A DNA stretch of 41,971 nucleotides from a virus (Duplodnaviria; Caudoviricetes): positions 1 to 41,971 of the IMG/VR virus record IMGVR_UViG_3300037467_000444; one strand, 5' to 3'. The position numbers and the translations under genes were made by a program. Under the pieces are notes generated by a model, which saw only the letters and a list, made by a program, of their open reading frames with translations, was not told the DNA's origin and did no database searches. The first letter of the stretch is position 1; each line of letters begins with the position of its first letter. Shown in pieces: positions 17,540 to 27,816 of the stretch.

Positions 17540-18751
17540 TTAGCCAATGGTCGAAGGGCCGATATTGAAAAACTTCATCAATCCGTCGAGAGGTTGGGCA
17601 CTTGCGTTACCAGACCCACCGCCGCCAAGCAGCGCGTTACCCAGCATTAAGCCGCCAACCATGTTCCCTGCTGTGCTTTGGTACAGGGGCCGGTTTTCGG
17701 TGCTAGATCCAGTCGGTGCAAGGTACGGCGTGAGAAGTCCGTTCACGTCGTGTGCGCGGGTCACATCGCTATTTGCAGCACCCGCCGCATTCGCACCAAG
17801 CCCACTTAGCAAACCGGAGCCGCCCAGCATGGCAGCATTGTTTTGTCCGTTCACGCCGTTGACCGTGCTCGCGTTGAACTTGGACGCGTCGTACTGGTTG
17901 CCGACGTTCATAAACTCGGCTGCATTGTTCGTCGCTGCGTTTTGTGCGGCAGTGCTGTACTGCTGAGACCCGAGACTCTGTGCTGCCGCCAATGCGCGGT
18001 CCTGCCCCTGCTGGTAGTCGTTCGCAAGCTGGCCGGTCGTATTAGCGCTGTTTGCAAGACCGATTTGCGTGTTGGCGTTCGTAAGTTGATTCGTGTAGTC
18101 CGACAGCGCGTTACCTTCTGCTACGCCCTGACGCGATCCGCCGTACTGGCCGGCGAGCACGGAATTGCTGCGGATCGACGGCATCACATTGCGCATCAGA
18201 TTGTTGGTCAGGTCCGTCTGATTCTTCTGGAACTGTGCGCTGGTTAGGTCGGTGCCGAACTTGAGCGAGTCGCGTAGAGCCGCGTTATTGCCGCCACTGA
18301 GCAGGCTTTGGTAGGTCGGCGTGAGGTCAATACTGTTCTGCGACGGTGCCTTAATCTGGCTCCCGACAGCGTACGAAGGAATCGCAGCAAGTGCCGCCGA
18401 GTTACCATTGAGCAGACGGCCAGCAGCATCGTGCATCTGGCCCATGTCGGAACCTGCGTACTTGCTTAGGTAGTCTGAGCCTGCGGACTGGTAATCCTTG
18501 AGTCCCTGCGGCGAGTTGAGCATTGACTGATACTGCGACAGCATGCCTGGCTGGCCGTTTTGGCCGAACAACATACCGTCGATACGCGGGTCAAGCTTAT
18601 TTTGGTTGGTGACAGTTTGCGTGCCGGTTTGAGACGAGCCGCCACCGAATGCACCGCCCAAAGCGCCACCAATTGCGGCACCAGCAGGGCCACCCAACAG
18701 GCCGCCGACAATAGGCGCACCAATCTTAAGAATCCCGTCAAGCAGGCCCAT
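17540..18751 (-). CDS. DNA ejection protein (gp7 position)
   Basis: Gly-rich hydrophobic N-terminus IGAPIVGGLLGGPAGAAIGG; GQYGGSRQGVAEG motif. Confidence 0.7.
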   Translation of the reverse strand: MGLLDGILKIGAPIVGGLLGGPAGAAIGGALGGAFGGGSSQTGTQTVTNQNKLDPRIDGMLFGQNGQPGMLSQYQSMLNSPQGLKDYQSAGSDYLSKYAGSDMGQMHDAAGRLLNGNSAALAAIPSYAVGSQIKAPSQNSIDLTPTYQSLLSGGNNAALRDSLKFGTDLTSAQFQKNQTDLTNNLMRNVMPSIRSNSVLAGQYGGSRQGVAEGNALSDYTNQLTNANTQIGLANSANTTGQLANDYQQGQDRALAAAQSLGSQQYSTAAQNAATNNAAEFMNVGNQYDASKFNASTVNGVNGQNNAAMLGGSGLLSGLGANAAGAANSDVTRAHDVNGLLTPYLAPTGSSTENRPLYQSTAGNMVGGLMLGNALLGGGGSGNASAQPLDGLMKFFNIGPSTIG

Positions 18752-18809
18752 TATTTCTCCTAGCGCCTCGCGGCGTATAAGCGGGCATGGTCAGCCCTTA
18801 GTTACTGAT

Positions 18810-18842
18810 ATTGTAAATCCGCGCTACCCTAGGAAATTCCAC
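18810..18842 (-). promoter_or_regulatory. Candidate internal late promoter GTGGAATTT-N18-TACAAT
   Basis: Same motif and spacing as at 30245-30277. Confidence 0.45.
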
Positions 18843-19096
18843 GTACCACCGCCGTAGCGGTACAAACCCGCTCCGCTGCCTGGATTGCATTGGACTCCAT
18901 CGAAGTTCCTAAGCATACCGTCGCGTGGCTTGGCCGGATACGCATAAACCACTGGCGCAAAGCCATCTGCAACGGTGTCAATTGCCACTTTCAGCTTCGC
19001 CAATTCCTCGCGCAGAAACCGAGATAGCTGCGCCGGATCGTCGGGCGTTTGACCCGGCTGGTAGCGTTGATCGCTAGAATTTTGCGGCCGCATCAA
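18824..19096 (-). CDS. Small virion/tail protein
   Basis: 90 aa, coupled to the upstream tail gene. Confidence 0.65.
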   Translation of the reverse strand: MMRPQNSSDQRYQPGQTPDDPAQLSRFLREELAKLKVAIDTVADGFAPVVYAYPAKPRDGMLRNFDGVQCNPGSGAGLYRYGGGTWNFLG

Positions 19097-20655
19097 TATT
19101 CCCCTGCGTCATCAACCATGGCGTCAAAACCATCCAATCGCCAGGAGTACGCGGTTCCGGTCTCAAACCGAATAGCGAGATAACGTCCCGACACGAAGCA
19201 ATCTAGCTTGCTGCTAGTCCCAATGGCGTACGTCATTGCGGCCTGCCAAGTAGGCTCCTGGTCCGGATATTCGGCACCCCCTACTTTCACAATCACCGTG
19301 CCGCCGATGTTGCCGACGATACGCGGGCGCACCCATGAAACCAGCTTGATTCGCTCAGGCGCATCAAACGATAGTCCGGTGCGCTCAAGGTAGGCGTCCG
19401 GCAAAGCCCCATCGAACGAGGCCGAGGCATCGAGCAGGAATAGCTTTGCGTCGGCGCTGCCCATCATCACGCGGGCGGTGTCCGGCGTGTAGTCGGGGCC
19501 ATTCCACGCGGTCAGGTCGGTGTCCCACGGCGCATCGTCCTGATTCCAATTGCCGGAAAGTGAGTTATCGACCGGACCATATGCGGCGTGTGTGACGTTA
19601 GGCAGTGAGCGGAAAGTGACGGTCTGGTCCACATAGTTGTAGACGAGAGCCGTGTCGCACCATGTAGCGCCGATGCTTGGGTAGGCAACGAAAATCTCAT
19701 TCAGGAACGGGTTTTTGAAGACAAACACCTTGCCTTTGTTTGTCACGTCGATGTTCTGGAAGAAGAACCGGCGCGCTTTTTTGTCCAGCACCGATTGCGC
19801 CGTGTAGCCGTCATGGATCACGATGTCAGAGCCAGTCACCGCGAAATGCAGGTTATTCAGGCCCGAATCGAAATCGACAACGCAATTCATGTTGAGAAGC
19901 CCGCTCATGCCCGACACCTTTCGGCTTTTCAGGATGAACTGACCGCCGATGTAATCGAGCGCCCACGTGGATGACTCTTTATAGACGATAAACGAGTCTT
20001 TCAGCCCGATGCCGTCAACAATGGGATCTTGGCCTTCCGATAGGTCGAATTCGCCCGCGTCCTGCGTCGCATCGGCCTCATCCCACGTAGAGGGCAGCGA
20101 GCCAGCGACAGCGAGATTCGACCACTTGACCATAAACGGGTAGCTTGTCCCGCTCTTGGTCACGTTCAGCGCGATCATTAGATTTTTGTACTGCCGCAGC
20201 ACCTTGCACGAGTCGCCAGAAGGCCAATTAGGCAGGTCGGCAAACTTGTGCGTCAGGTTCTGGTCCCAATACATCGGCGCTTTGCCATCGCCTGCGTTCA
20301 GAACTGGGACGCCACCGAAAACGAAGCCTGACCATGCGTTGACCGTGCCAGTGCGCGGCGTGGTGTGCGTGATGTCCGTATGCACAGACGACCCGGACGC
20401 ATTGGACACCGCAAACTGCTTGTCAACGGTCGCGTAGAGCCAGTATCGCTGCCCCGACACATTGGCCTGCAGAAGATACTGCGGCGCCTCGCTGGGGCTG
20501 TTGTACACCTGTCCGTGGCCGAGAAACTGGAGCGCCGAGCCATCGAGGAATCGGATATTCGACGCATCCGACCATGCGCCAACCGGCAGTTCCGACGCTG
20601 GAACGTCTTTAATGACGCCAACAGACCCCGGCTGTTTGAACGGTACTTTGGTCAT
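19093..20655 (-). CDS. Tail hub/nozzle (P22 gp10-like DNA stabilization protein)
   Basis: 520 aa, beta-rich; WSDASNIRF..G, VKWSN..., GRYLAIRFE; synteny. Confidence 0.7.
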   Translation of the reverse strand: MTKVPFKQPGSVGVIKDVPASELPVGAWSDASNIRFLDGSALQFLGHGQVYNSPSEAPQYLLQANVSGQRYWLYATVDKQFAVSNASGSSVHTDITHTTPRTGTVNAWSGFVFGGVPVLNAGDGKAPMYWDQNLTHKFADLPNWPSGDSCKVLRQYKNLMIALNVTKSGTSYPFMVKWSNLAVAGSLPSTWDEADATQDAGEFDLSEGQDPIVDGIGLKDSFIVYKESSTWALDYIGGQFILKSRKVSGMSGLLNMNCVVDFDSGLNNLHFAVTGSDIVIHDGYTAQSVLDKKARRFFFQNIDVTNKGKVFVFKNPFLNEIFVAYPSIGATWCDTALVYNYVDQTVTFRSLPNVTHAAYGPVDNSLSGNWNQDDAPWDTDLTAWNGPDYTPDTARVMMGSADAKLFLLDASASFDGALPDAYLERTGLSFDAPERIKLVSWVRPRIVGNIGGTVIVKVGGAEYPDQEPTWQAAMTYAIGTSSKLDCFVSGRYLAIRFETGTAYSWRLDGFDAMVDDAGEY

Positions 20656-21260
20656 TGGTAGTATGTGATCGTGATCGAACCGCCAGTAGGGATAACCAAG
20701 TTGTAGGGCGTATTTTCCGTGACTGCCACGTTGTTATAAGTCGCAGTAGCCACGCCGCTGCCAGTATCTCCGGCAAACGTTTTGCCGAAGCCTGTTGTGT
20801 TATCGCCGGTTTGGCTATAGCGAATATGCGATTCGCCGGTAGAGGTAATCGGGCCGCTATCAGACCAGCCACCGAGCGTTACCGATGAGGATGTACCTGC
20901 AATGATGTTGACGAGGGTTCCAGTTGATGTGCTGTTGACGTGTCCTGTGCCGTCACCGTATGCATTGATGTCGGCATAGGTGATCGTCGCAGTCCCGCCA
21001 GCGTTCACGGCTGAAACGTTGCTGTTGTGGGTCGGGCTGAAATTGCCCCACGTGACCGTTGAGCCGGGATCGCCGGTTCCCGATGCATAGTAATGCACCG
21101 CCACATCAACAACTTCTTGGGTAGTCGTCGCCCCACCAACGCCCACTAGCGACACGAGATTACTCACGCCAAAGGGCGTCGTGAATGTCGTGTTTGACGT
21201 GAACGTTCTTGTAACCAGCTTACGGTTCGCCGTCAGCATGGCGAGCAACCAGGGCTTCAT
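20652..21260 (-). CDS. Tail-associated Thr/Gly-rich protein
   Basis: RTFTSNTTFTTPFGV..LVGVGG pattern; synteny. Confidence 0.6.
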   Translation of the reverse strand: MKPWLLAMLTANRKLVTRTFTSNTTFTTPFGVSNLVSLVGVGGATTTQEVVDVAVHYYASGTGDPGSTVTWGNFSPTHNSNVSAVNAGGTATITYADINAYGDGTGHVNSTSTGTLVNIIAGTSSSVTLGGWSDSGPITSTGESHIRYSQTGDNTTGFGKTFAGDTGSGVATATYNNVAVTENTPYNLVIPTGGSITITYYQ

Positions 21261-22114
21261 GCGGCCCGCCCGTACACAACACCATCACCGAACGAGTACA
21301 GGATGACGCGACTGCGGCCAGTTGCGCTCAACGTGATACCCGAGGTCGCAAAGTTGGTCGTTTCACTGCCATCCGATTTGATCCAAGTAATGCCGGTGGT
21401 CGTGATCGAGTACGCGCCGTAGTTCACCAAATGCAGCAGCATCCCCGCCACTCGGCCAGTCGGCCAGCCCGTTGTCGAAAGCGAATGGTTGCCCGTCGCG
21501 GTCAGTGTTTGGCCCTCGCCGTCCGTATATGCGATCACTTGCGCAGTAGTGCCGGTGTTGCCCTTATCCTTCGTCGGCTCACCCCTCAGATCCACGCTTG
21601 CCCAGCCGCCCGCAGTTCCGTCCGTATGGAAGAACTTGTCAGCATTGGCCGGATTGCTCACGCCTGGAACCGTGCCGGAGATAACGAGCTGGTCAACGTA
21701 GTTCTGCGTCACGTTATCGAGGCGGAACTTGGTGCCATCGTAGAACGCAGTGTAGTAGCGCCCACCAGTCAGGTCGCCAGCAACCAACGGGACGCCAGCT
21801 ACCGACACGATGGGCTTTGCCCCGAGGCCCGAGATATTCAGTGTCGCCGCGCCCGTGTTGTCGACCACAGGGCAGAACACGACCATCATTTTTGAGCTGT
21901 ACGCCACCAGCGCAGTTGCCGGCGTCAGCGTGTACACATTTGCAGCGCCGCCGTCCGTGCCGGTCGCGATGATCGCGCCAGAGTAGCCAACGAAGCTGTT
22001 TTTCAGTCCGCTCTTAATGTTCCTCAGGTGGTCATCGCCCTCGGATTTCGGCGCACTTCCGCTCGGGTTGGTTGGATCGAGGTCGCCAACGTAGGTAACG
22101 GTTTCAACTGCCAT
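21257..22114 (-). CDS. Tail fiber/needle-like protein
   Basis: LDPTNPSG..KSEGDDHLRNIKS.LKNSF N-terminus; NTGAATLNISGLGAKPI. Confidence 0.7.
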   Translation of the reverse strand: MAVETVTYVGDLDPTNPSGSAPKSEGDDHLRNIKSGLKNSFVGYSGAIIATGTDGGAANVYTLTPATALVAYSSKMMVVFCPVVDNTGAATLNISGLGAKPIVSVAGVPLVAGDLTGGRYYTAFYDGTKFRLDNVTQNYVDQLVISGTVPGVSNPANADKFFHTDGTAGGWASVDLRGEPTKDKGNTGTTAQVIAYTDGEGQTLTATGNHSLSTTGWPTGRVAGMLLHLVNYGAYSITTTGITWIKSDGSETTNFATSGITLSATGRSRVILYSFGDGVVYGRAA

Positions 22115-22126
22115 GTTCTGGTCCCT

Positions 22127-22768
22127 TTACGGAGTGTTTGCGTCAGGGCGAATGGCAAGCGTCCCGCCCATGCCCCACTCATTGGTATTGAGCGAATCCA
22201 TCGCCACTTTGAATTTGGCCTCCCATACCTCTAGCGCGACCTGATCCTTGATGAAGATAAGCGCCTCGCACATCGTTGCCGTGAGGTACACATCGGCGTT
22301 CTGCTCAATCAGCCAGTTCGTGCCGCCAGAATCGGCCAGGGGGGGCGCTTTGGCGAGATAGGTCAGGCTGATCTGGTAGCCAACGTCCGGTGTCGGGCCG
22401 ACCTTCATCTGCGCGCCGACAACGGTATAGTTGCGCGGCTTCCCGCTCTCGCCAGACGCGAACATTGCGTCATACTGGTTTGGCGCTACGTAGGTCAGCG
22501 TACCAAAGCCGACAAGCGCCGCCGAACGAACCTCGGAAATGTAATTTGGCCGGTCGAAGAAGCTACTGCCCGCCTCCAGATCAATAAGCGCGGTCAGGGT
22601 CTGGTTTTGCGCCTTGAGCGTCGTGTTGATACGCTTCTCGGCCAGCATGACGAAATCGGCCATGCGTGAGCCAAGGTCAGTGCGGTGAGTCCAGTCCGCG
22701 ACGGACTGCTGCAACCAGTCGTAATCGCGGCTGGAGTTCGTGCCGACTGCGGATGCAATAATGGTCAT
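22127..22768 (-). CDS. Head-tail adaptor
   Basis: YDWLQQSVADW..R.DL...LAEKRIN...GPTPD..Y...TNWL...DVYL. Confidence 0.75.
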   Translation of the reverse strand: MTIIASAVGTNSSRDYDWLQQSVADWTHRTDLGSRMADFVMLAEKRINTTLKAQNQTLTALIDLEAGSSFFDRPNYISEVRSAALVGFGTLTYVAPNQYDAMFASGESGKPRNYTVVGAQMKVGPTPDVGYQISLTYLAKAPPLADSGGTNWLIEQNADVYLTATMCEALIFIKDQVALEVWEAKFKVAMDSLNTNEWGMGGTLAIRPDANTP

Positions 22769-22808
22769 GCGCGGTCCTTATGCTGGGCTGTGGTTGGCAT
22801 GAGTTCTG

Positions 22809-24824
22809 TCAGGTGCGAGATACAGCCCAGTTGTTGTACTCCGTGACCATATCGGCCTGGAACAACTCGTAGACGCAATAGCACTCCGCATCCCACAGGT
22901 ATTGGAACGTCTGTGTGGACGAGATGTCGAAGTACACGTAAGTGTACCCATCGGCAGAAGCTGCCGTACTCATCGCTACAGTCACATCGGTGGCGGTGGA
23001 TTTGGCATTCCTGTTGATCGCGCCGCCTGAGTTCTGTGCGGTCAGGAATACGTCGCCGCCCGAGTCGCCCGCGCCACTGGTGTTCAGCGCCAGGAACTTG
23101 ATACGGGCGCAAACCTTGTGCCCATTGCTCAGCACCTTGGCGCGGAACCGCAACTTACTTGTGCTGGTGGCCTGCGAGGCGAAGATGCCGCGCTCGATGG
23201 TCGAGTAGTTGTTCGCGCCTGCCCCGACGCTGTTGATATTGAAGTAGGGAACGCGGGTTTTCGCAAGTTGCAGCAGGCCGTAGCTTGTTTTAGGCGCTGC
23301 CACTGCGGTCGTGATGTTGGTATAGGTCGGCGCTGGCGGCGAAGCCAAGTTTTGCGGTGGTAGATCACCTTCCACGATCACCACATCAGGCGTGCACTTG
23401 GCAGTATTGATTCGCAGCCAGTCGGTGAGCGGAATCTTTTCCATACCGCGCAGCTTGACCTTGCGCGCGCTCTCCACGTTGAGGAAGCCCGGCTTCCCAC
23501 TGATGTTAGAGACTGACGGATTGGACACCTCCAGAGCGAAGTTACCGTCAACGTACAGGTAGCCGCCGCATACTTCTGCACCGCAGGACTGCATGTGAAC
23601 ATTGCTGCTGGTGCTAAGAAATGCAGTATTGAACGGCCCAGTGGTGCCGATAAATTCGTAGGCGTTTCCGCTGTTGTTGTCCGAGGCGCAGCCGATCAGG
23701 CACGCATAAACCGTCTGATCCTTGATGCGGTAGCCAGTGCCCCCGTCCTTGGCGTACGAATTCTGGACGACAAACGAGGTTCCTTTTAGCTGGTAGCCGA
23801 GCGTGCACCAGCGCGCCTCGCAGCTATTCAGTTGCATGATGCCGGCATACAGGTCGAAGCCGGTGGCGAAATGCCAGCAGGCGACCGACTCCAGAATGAC
23901 GTGCGGGCCGAAGTTGGTCATCTTCAGGCCGGTGTTGGTGTTGGCCGTGCCTCCCTCCTTGCTGATGGTGAGGCGCTTGATCGTCAACCAGCCATAGTAG
24001 CCGGGCGAACCGGTATTCACAGCCATGCCGTCGAAGTCGCCCGACACGCTGATCTTACTGATGATCTGGTTGTTGATTTCAGCCGACCCGCCTGCGCCCT
24101 CAATCACCGTGTCCTGGTTGATCGTAAGCGTGGCCGTGGTCTTGTAGGTGCCAGCCGGAATGAAGATGCGGCGGATGCGGCCATTGAGCGCGGCTTGGAT
24201 CGCTGCCGTGTCGTCGGTAGTGCCATCGCCACTCGCACCGAACCAGCGCACGCTGACAGGGCCATCGAAGCGACGTTTCCACCGCTTCCCGTTGCTGGCC
24301 ATGATGACCGTGCCGCCATCATCAGCAGTCGCAGTGTCCGAGTCATCGCGCACGAACATGCCCGCGATACCCGAAGGTGCAGCCGTGCCAAGATAGCCCG
24401 TCACATACACGCTCTTGCGCGGCCCGGTGTAGGCGCGCAGGACGGTGTAGTCGGCCAGTTGCAGGGCATTGAAGCTGTCGGCCACGGTTTCGCCGCCGTT
24501 GCCAATTTTGGTTGAGCCGGTTGATGCTGCTGCTTGTGATTGCGTCAGCGGCGGGGCGTCGTCGGGGTCGTATAGCTTGATCGTGCGCGTAAAGCTGCCG
24601 ATCTGCGAGCTGGCGAAGTACACCGTGTATTTGCCATTGGCCGCGTAGAAGCCGAAATAGCCGTTCTTGTCGGAGGTCAGCGGCTGCGCGAGTGGCGTTA
24701 CGCCATCATCAGAGTACAGCGAGGCCGAAATACCGTTGCTGTCCTTGACCGTGATCGACACGCCCAGCAGCGGCTGCAACTGACCGTTGACCCGCGCGGT
24801 GAGGTTGTCTTCGTAGATTTGCAT
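22809..24824 (-). CDS. Tailspike / depolymerase with pectate-lyase-3-like beta-helix
   Basis: Head-binding N-terminus (LYSDDGVTPLAQPLTSDKNGYFGFYAANG); SVRWFGASGDGTTDDTAAIQAAL..IFIPAGTY. Confidence 0.85.
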   Translation of the reverse strand: MQIYEDNLTARVNGQLQPLLGVSITVKDSNGISASLYSDDGVTPLAQPLTSDKNGYFGFYAANGKYTVYFASSQIGSFTRTIKLYDPDDAPPLTQSQAAASTGSTKIGNGGETVADSFNALQLADYTVLRAYTGPRKSVYVTGYLGTAAPSGIAGMFVRDDSDTATADDGGTVIMASNGKRWKRRFDGPVSVRWFGASGDGTTDDTAAIQAALNGRIRRIFIPAGTYKTTATLTINQDTVIEGAGGSAEINNQIISKISVSGDFDGMAVNTGSPGYYGWLTIKRLTISKEGGTANTNTGLKMTNFGPHVILESVACWHFATGFDLYAGIMQLNSCEARWCTLGYQLKGTSFVVQNSYAKDGGTGYRIKDQTVYACLIGCASDNNSGNAYEFIGTTGPFNTAFLSTSSNVHMQSCGAEVCGGYLYVDGNFALEVSNPSVSNISGKPGFLNVESARKVKLRGMEKIPLTDWLRINTAKCTPDVVIVEGDLPPQNLASPPAPTYTNITTAVAAPKTSYGLLQLAKTRVPYFNINSVGAGANNYSTIERGIFASQATSTSKLRFRAKVLSNGHKVCARIKFLALNTSGAGDSGGDVFLTAQNSGGAINRNAKSTATDVTVAMSTAASADGYTYVYFDISSTQTFQYLWDAECYCVYELFQADMVTEYNNWAVSRT

Positions 24825-24866
24825 GATTCCTTCCAGCGCCTCACGGCGTTAAGTCGGTGTCTTGTG

Positions 24867-25154
24867 TTACAGCCTGCCCGGCCAGATGCGAAACATGGCG
24901 TTGTCGCGGTCTTCCACCACGGCTTTGATGTGCTTTTCCTCGGCCATGAACTGCTCAAACGTGATGCCTCGCTCGTTGCAGTACTTCTCAACGATCACAA
25001 GCGGCAGCTTTGCGACGTGCTTCACATCGGCAGAGCCGTGCAACCCTTCGTTGTGCAGTGCCTTCGCGTATTCCGCGATCTTTGTGCAGTCCTGCGAACG
25101 ACCGACATACAGGCGGTCAACCTCGGTCTTGAACGTTGTTGCGAGCGCCGACAT
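24867..25154 (-). CDS. Hypothetical virion-region protein
   Basis: 95 aa; FRIWPGRL C-terminus. Confidence 0.7.
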   Translation of the reverse strand: MSALATTFKTEVDRLYVGRSQDCTKIAEYAKALHNEGLHGSADVKHVAKLPLVIVEKYCNERGITFEQFMAEEKHIKAVVEDRDNAMFRIWPGRL

Positions 25155-25450
25155 CAGAAGCCCTCAAGCGGCGCAATATTCACCGTGCCAGCGGTGGTGT
25201 CCTGGATCACGGCGATATGTGTCAGGCCAACAGCTACGGCCAATTTCACGGCATCACCGGGCGCCACCATCAGATCGCCAGCAGCAGCAGTCACACCAGC
25301 GGTGCCCAGCTTTACGTGTGCGGCAGCAGTGGCAGACACGCGGACGGAACGTGCTACTTTGCCTGCACTATCCTGCGGGATTGCCACGGCGGCGGACGAT
25401 TCACCCGAGGTGACGCTGGCGCCGGTTGCAGTAACGGTAATCATGCTCAT
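25154..25450 (-). CDS. Small beta-rich virion protein (possible head decoration)
   Basis: 98 aa, Ala/Val/Thr-rich, follows capsid gene. Confidence 0.6.
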   Translation of the reverse strand: MSMITVTATGASVTSGESSAAVAIPQDSAGKVARSVRVSATAAAHVKLGTAGVTAAAGDLMVAPGDAVKLAVAVGLTHIAVIQDTTAGTVNIAPLEGF

Positions 25451-25467
25451 TCGAACTCCCTATTAAT

Positions 25468-25491
25468 GCGCCAGCCCCGAAGGGCCGGCGC
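25468..25491 (-). terminator. Stable cUUCGg hairpin after capsid gene (weak terminator or mRNA stabiliser)
   Basis: GCGCCGGCCC-TTCG-GGGCTGGCGC, poor U-tract. Confidence 0.5.
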
Positions 25492-25504
25492 TTGGGTTAC
25501 TGGA

Positions 25505-26425
25505 TCAAGTGATATCCGCGATCAGGCCGTGAGCCTTCGGGTTCTTGCATTCCAGGGTCAGCTCGATGATGATTTGCTTGCGCATGCTGTCGCCGGTCTT
25601 GGCCAGATCCGACACCTCCCACGGACGCAGGACCGAAGCGGCCAGCTTGTCCGGCTGCAGCAGGAAGATGTCGCGCGAGCGCTGCTGCAGGTTGACCATC
25701 GCCTTGTACGTGCCGAAGTCCGACTTGTACACGTCGATGGATGCTTGCAGCTCGGCGTCAGCGTCCTTGAAGCGGGTCGAATTGCCGGTGAAGGTCGAGA
25801 AGGTCTGCTTCTGGGTGGTACCCATCATCAGCACGGTCGGGCGCCCGCCAGCGGCATAGCACTTCTGGCCGATGTCCTTCAGCATGGCTTCAGTGAAGGT
25901 GCGCTGGGTGCCATCGGTCTGCGCCACGTTGGTGGTGTAGTTCGGCGCCACATAGCCGGTGCCACCGTTCACGTTGTCGCCCATCCAACCCACCAGACCG
26001 CGCAGCTGACGCGGCGAGGATGCGGTGACGCTGTTGCGGGTGAAAGCGTACTCGATGTCCAGCTTCAGCTCTGCCGACTTCTTGGCGAGTTGGTAGGCCA
26101 TCTCCGACTTGCGACCAGCTTTGTCCACGGCCTCCTGGGTGCCAGACACGCTCGCAACTTCCTTCAGGATCTGCGTGGTGTTCTTGAGGCGCACAGTCGG
26201 GGTGACTGCGGTTGCGGTCGAGTCGTCGCCTTCGGCCTGGGCGTTCGCGCCAGCGGCACGCAGTGCGTCAACCTGCCACTCGTGGGTGATGCCGGTCGCC
26301 TTGTTCTTGGCGATCATCGAGTACAGCGGGGTATCGCTCGGCGTGATGCGGTCGATGAAGTCGGCCAGATCCTCGCGGTTGCCGATGGCCGAAGCCGAGG
26401 TAAAGGTATTGGTAGGTGCTGCCAT
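25505..26425 (-). CDS. Major capsid protein (DUF5309/SU10-like)
   Basis: GNREDLAD.I..ITP.DTP...A...THEWQ.D.L...N.TQI...; follows scaffold. Confidence 0.9.
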   Translation of the reverse strand: MAAPTNTFTSASAIGNREDLADFIDRITPSDTPLYSMIAKNKATGITHEWQVDALRAAGANAQAEGDDSTATAVTPTVRLKNTTQILKEVASVSGTQEAVDKAGRKSEMAYQLAKKSAELKLDIEYAFTRNSVTASSPRQLRGLVGWMGDNVNGGTGYVAPNYTTNVAQTDGTQRTFTEAMLKDIGQKCYAAGGRPTVLMMGTTQKQTFSTFTGNSTRFKDADAELQASIDVYKSDFGTYKAMVNLQQRSRDIFLLQPDKLAASVLRPWEVSDLAKTGDSMRKQIIIELTLECKNPKAHGLIADIT

Positions 26426-26466
26426 TTTCGTTCTCCTAACGCCTCACGGCGTATGAAAAGAGGTTG

Positions 26467-27438
26467 TCAGATGAGTTGCGCGAAGACTCCAGCGGCGGCA
26501 GAGAGCGAACCTCCCGATGCCTCCATCTGCTTCATTGCGCGCGTCCGGCCATCGGTCGCTTTCGGTGCGCTTTCGGCATTGCCGGGGCGCTCGACCTTCG
26601 TAGGCAGTGCCGACACCTTTTTGGCGGCGTCTTTCGCCTTTGCCATCAGAGCGTCGTACTGCATAGCCTTGCGGGCGAGGATGACGTTACGGTGGTCGGT
26701 GAAGTCCGACTCGCGCTCGTCAAAGCCTTGCTGCCCAAGGTATTCTTTGATCTTCGCCACTTCGGTTTTAGCCTTGGCCGGGTCTTTCCACTCGGGGAGC
26801 TTGGCAAGAAGCTGCTCGTGCTGCTCCGCGAGATAGCGACGTTCGGACTCCGCTTTCTCCGTGTTGCGTTGATCGTTGACCTTCTGTAGCTCCTGTTGGG
26901 CCTGCCCAAGCTCCACTTGTCGTCGCTGGACGATGTGTTGCAAGCGCAGGTACTCCACCGGGTCCGACTGCAGAAGTTCTTCTGTGAGTTGCGCGGCAAT
27001 CGCCTGCACCTCGTAGTTCGCTTGGTTCGCGAACGTTTCCAATTTCTGTGCGTAGGTTTCACGCTCTTGGCGCGCCTTCGCCACTTCAGCCTCAGCAGCC
27101 TTACGCTGCTCAGCGGCTTCCATCGTTTTCTTCGTGTAGTCGGCCTGACGGAGTTGGCCCTTGTAGGCCTCCGCCATTTCGTCAGCGGTCAGCTCAACGT
27201 CTTTGCCGTCTACCTTAATCGTGAACTTCTGCGGCTCTGCGGCTTGCTCGTCTTCCGGCTTAGCCTCATCGCTCGCAGCTTCGGCGGCAATGCGCTCAGC
27301 GGCTTGTTCTTCCGTCTCTTCGCCGGCACGCTGCTCGCCCTGCTGCTCGGCGCCCTCGGAACCACCCAGCAGTGCATCAAATGCTGCCGCTGCGCCGTGC
27401 GCGTCGAGTTCCGAATTGCCTTGATCTTCTGTGCTCAT
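26467..27438 (-). CDS. Scaffolding protein
   Basis: Acidic N-terminus, FTIKVDGKDVELT..E...Y..QADYTKKT, coiled coil. Confidence 0.88.
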   Translation of the reverse strand: MSTEDQGNSELDAHGAAAAFDALLGGSEGAEQQGEQRAGEETEEQAAERIAAEAASDEAKPEDEQAAEPQKFTIKVDGKDVELTADEMAEAYKGQLRQADYTKKTMEAAEQRKAAEAEVAKARQERETYAQKLETFANQANYEVQAIAAQLTEELLQSDPVEYLRLQHIVQRRQVELGQAQQELQKVNDQRNTEKAESERRYLAEQHEQLLAKLPEWKDPAKAKTEVAKIKEYLGQQGFDERESDFTDHRNVILARKAMQYDALMAKAKDAAKKVSALPTKVERPGNAESAPKATDGRTRAMKQMEASGGSLSAAAGVFAQLI

Positions 27439-27477
27439 CTTTGCCTTCCTGGATTCCTCACGGAGTGTCCAAAGTGT

Positions 27478-27816
27478 TTAAAGCGCGACGATTTCGCCGC
27501 TGGTTAACTGGTAGGCCGGATCGCCCACCTGAATCTCTGCGTTGATGCCGTTGCCAAGGTCGAGCAATTCGCCCTCTGCTGCCGGATGCCACACGCGCAC
27601 CACATGGCGAGGCTCAGCAAGTGCTGCCGCTAGTACTGCCCCGAAATCCACTCTTTTGCACGCTGGAGCTTCGTCTTGTTGTGCTCCATCTCCGCATACG
27701 CCAGTCTCCCGTCGTCCAGAGTCGCCTCCAGCACCACTCTCAGCTTGTGCAGCAGCTTTACCGTAATGAACAACTTTTCGCGGCCTTCCTCGTCGCGGGC
27801 TGGTGAGTTCTTCCAT
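27478..27816 (-). CDS. Overlapping ORF with AT-hook (RRGRPRK)
   Basis: Fills the otherwise empty 27478-27630; overlaps the upstream gene by 187 bp; start uncertain. Confidence 0.45.
   Translation of the reverse strand: MEELTSPRRGRPRKVVHYGKAAAQAESGAGGDSGRRETGVCGDGAQQDEAPACKRVDFGAVLAAALAEPRHVVRVWHPAAEGELLDLGNGINAEIQVGDPAYQLTSGEIVAL

Noticed and set aside
20652-24824. Diversity-generating retroelement acting on tail genes
   Set aside because: No reverse transcriptase ORF and no TR/VR repeat pair seen
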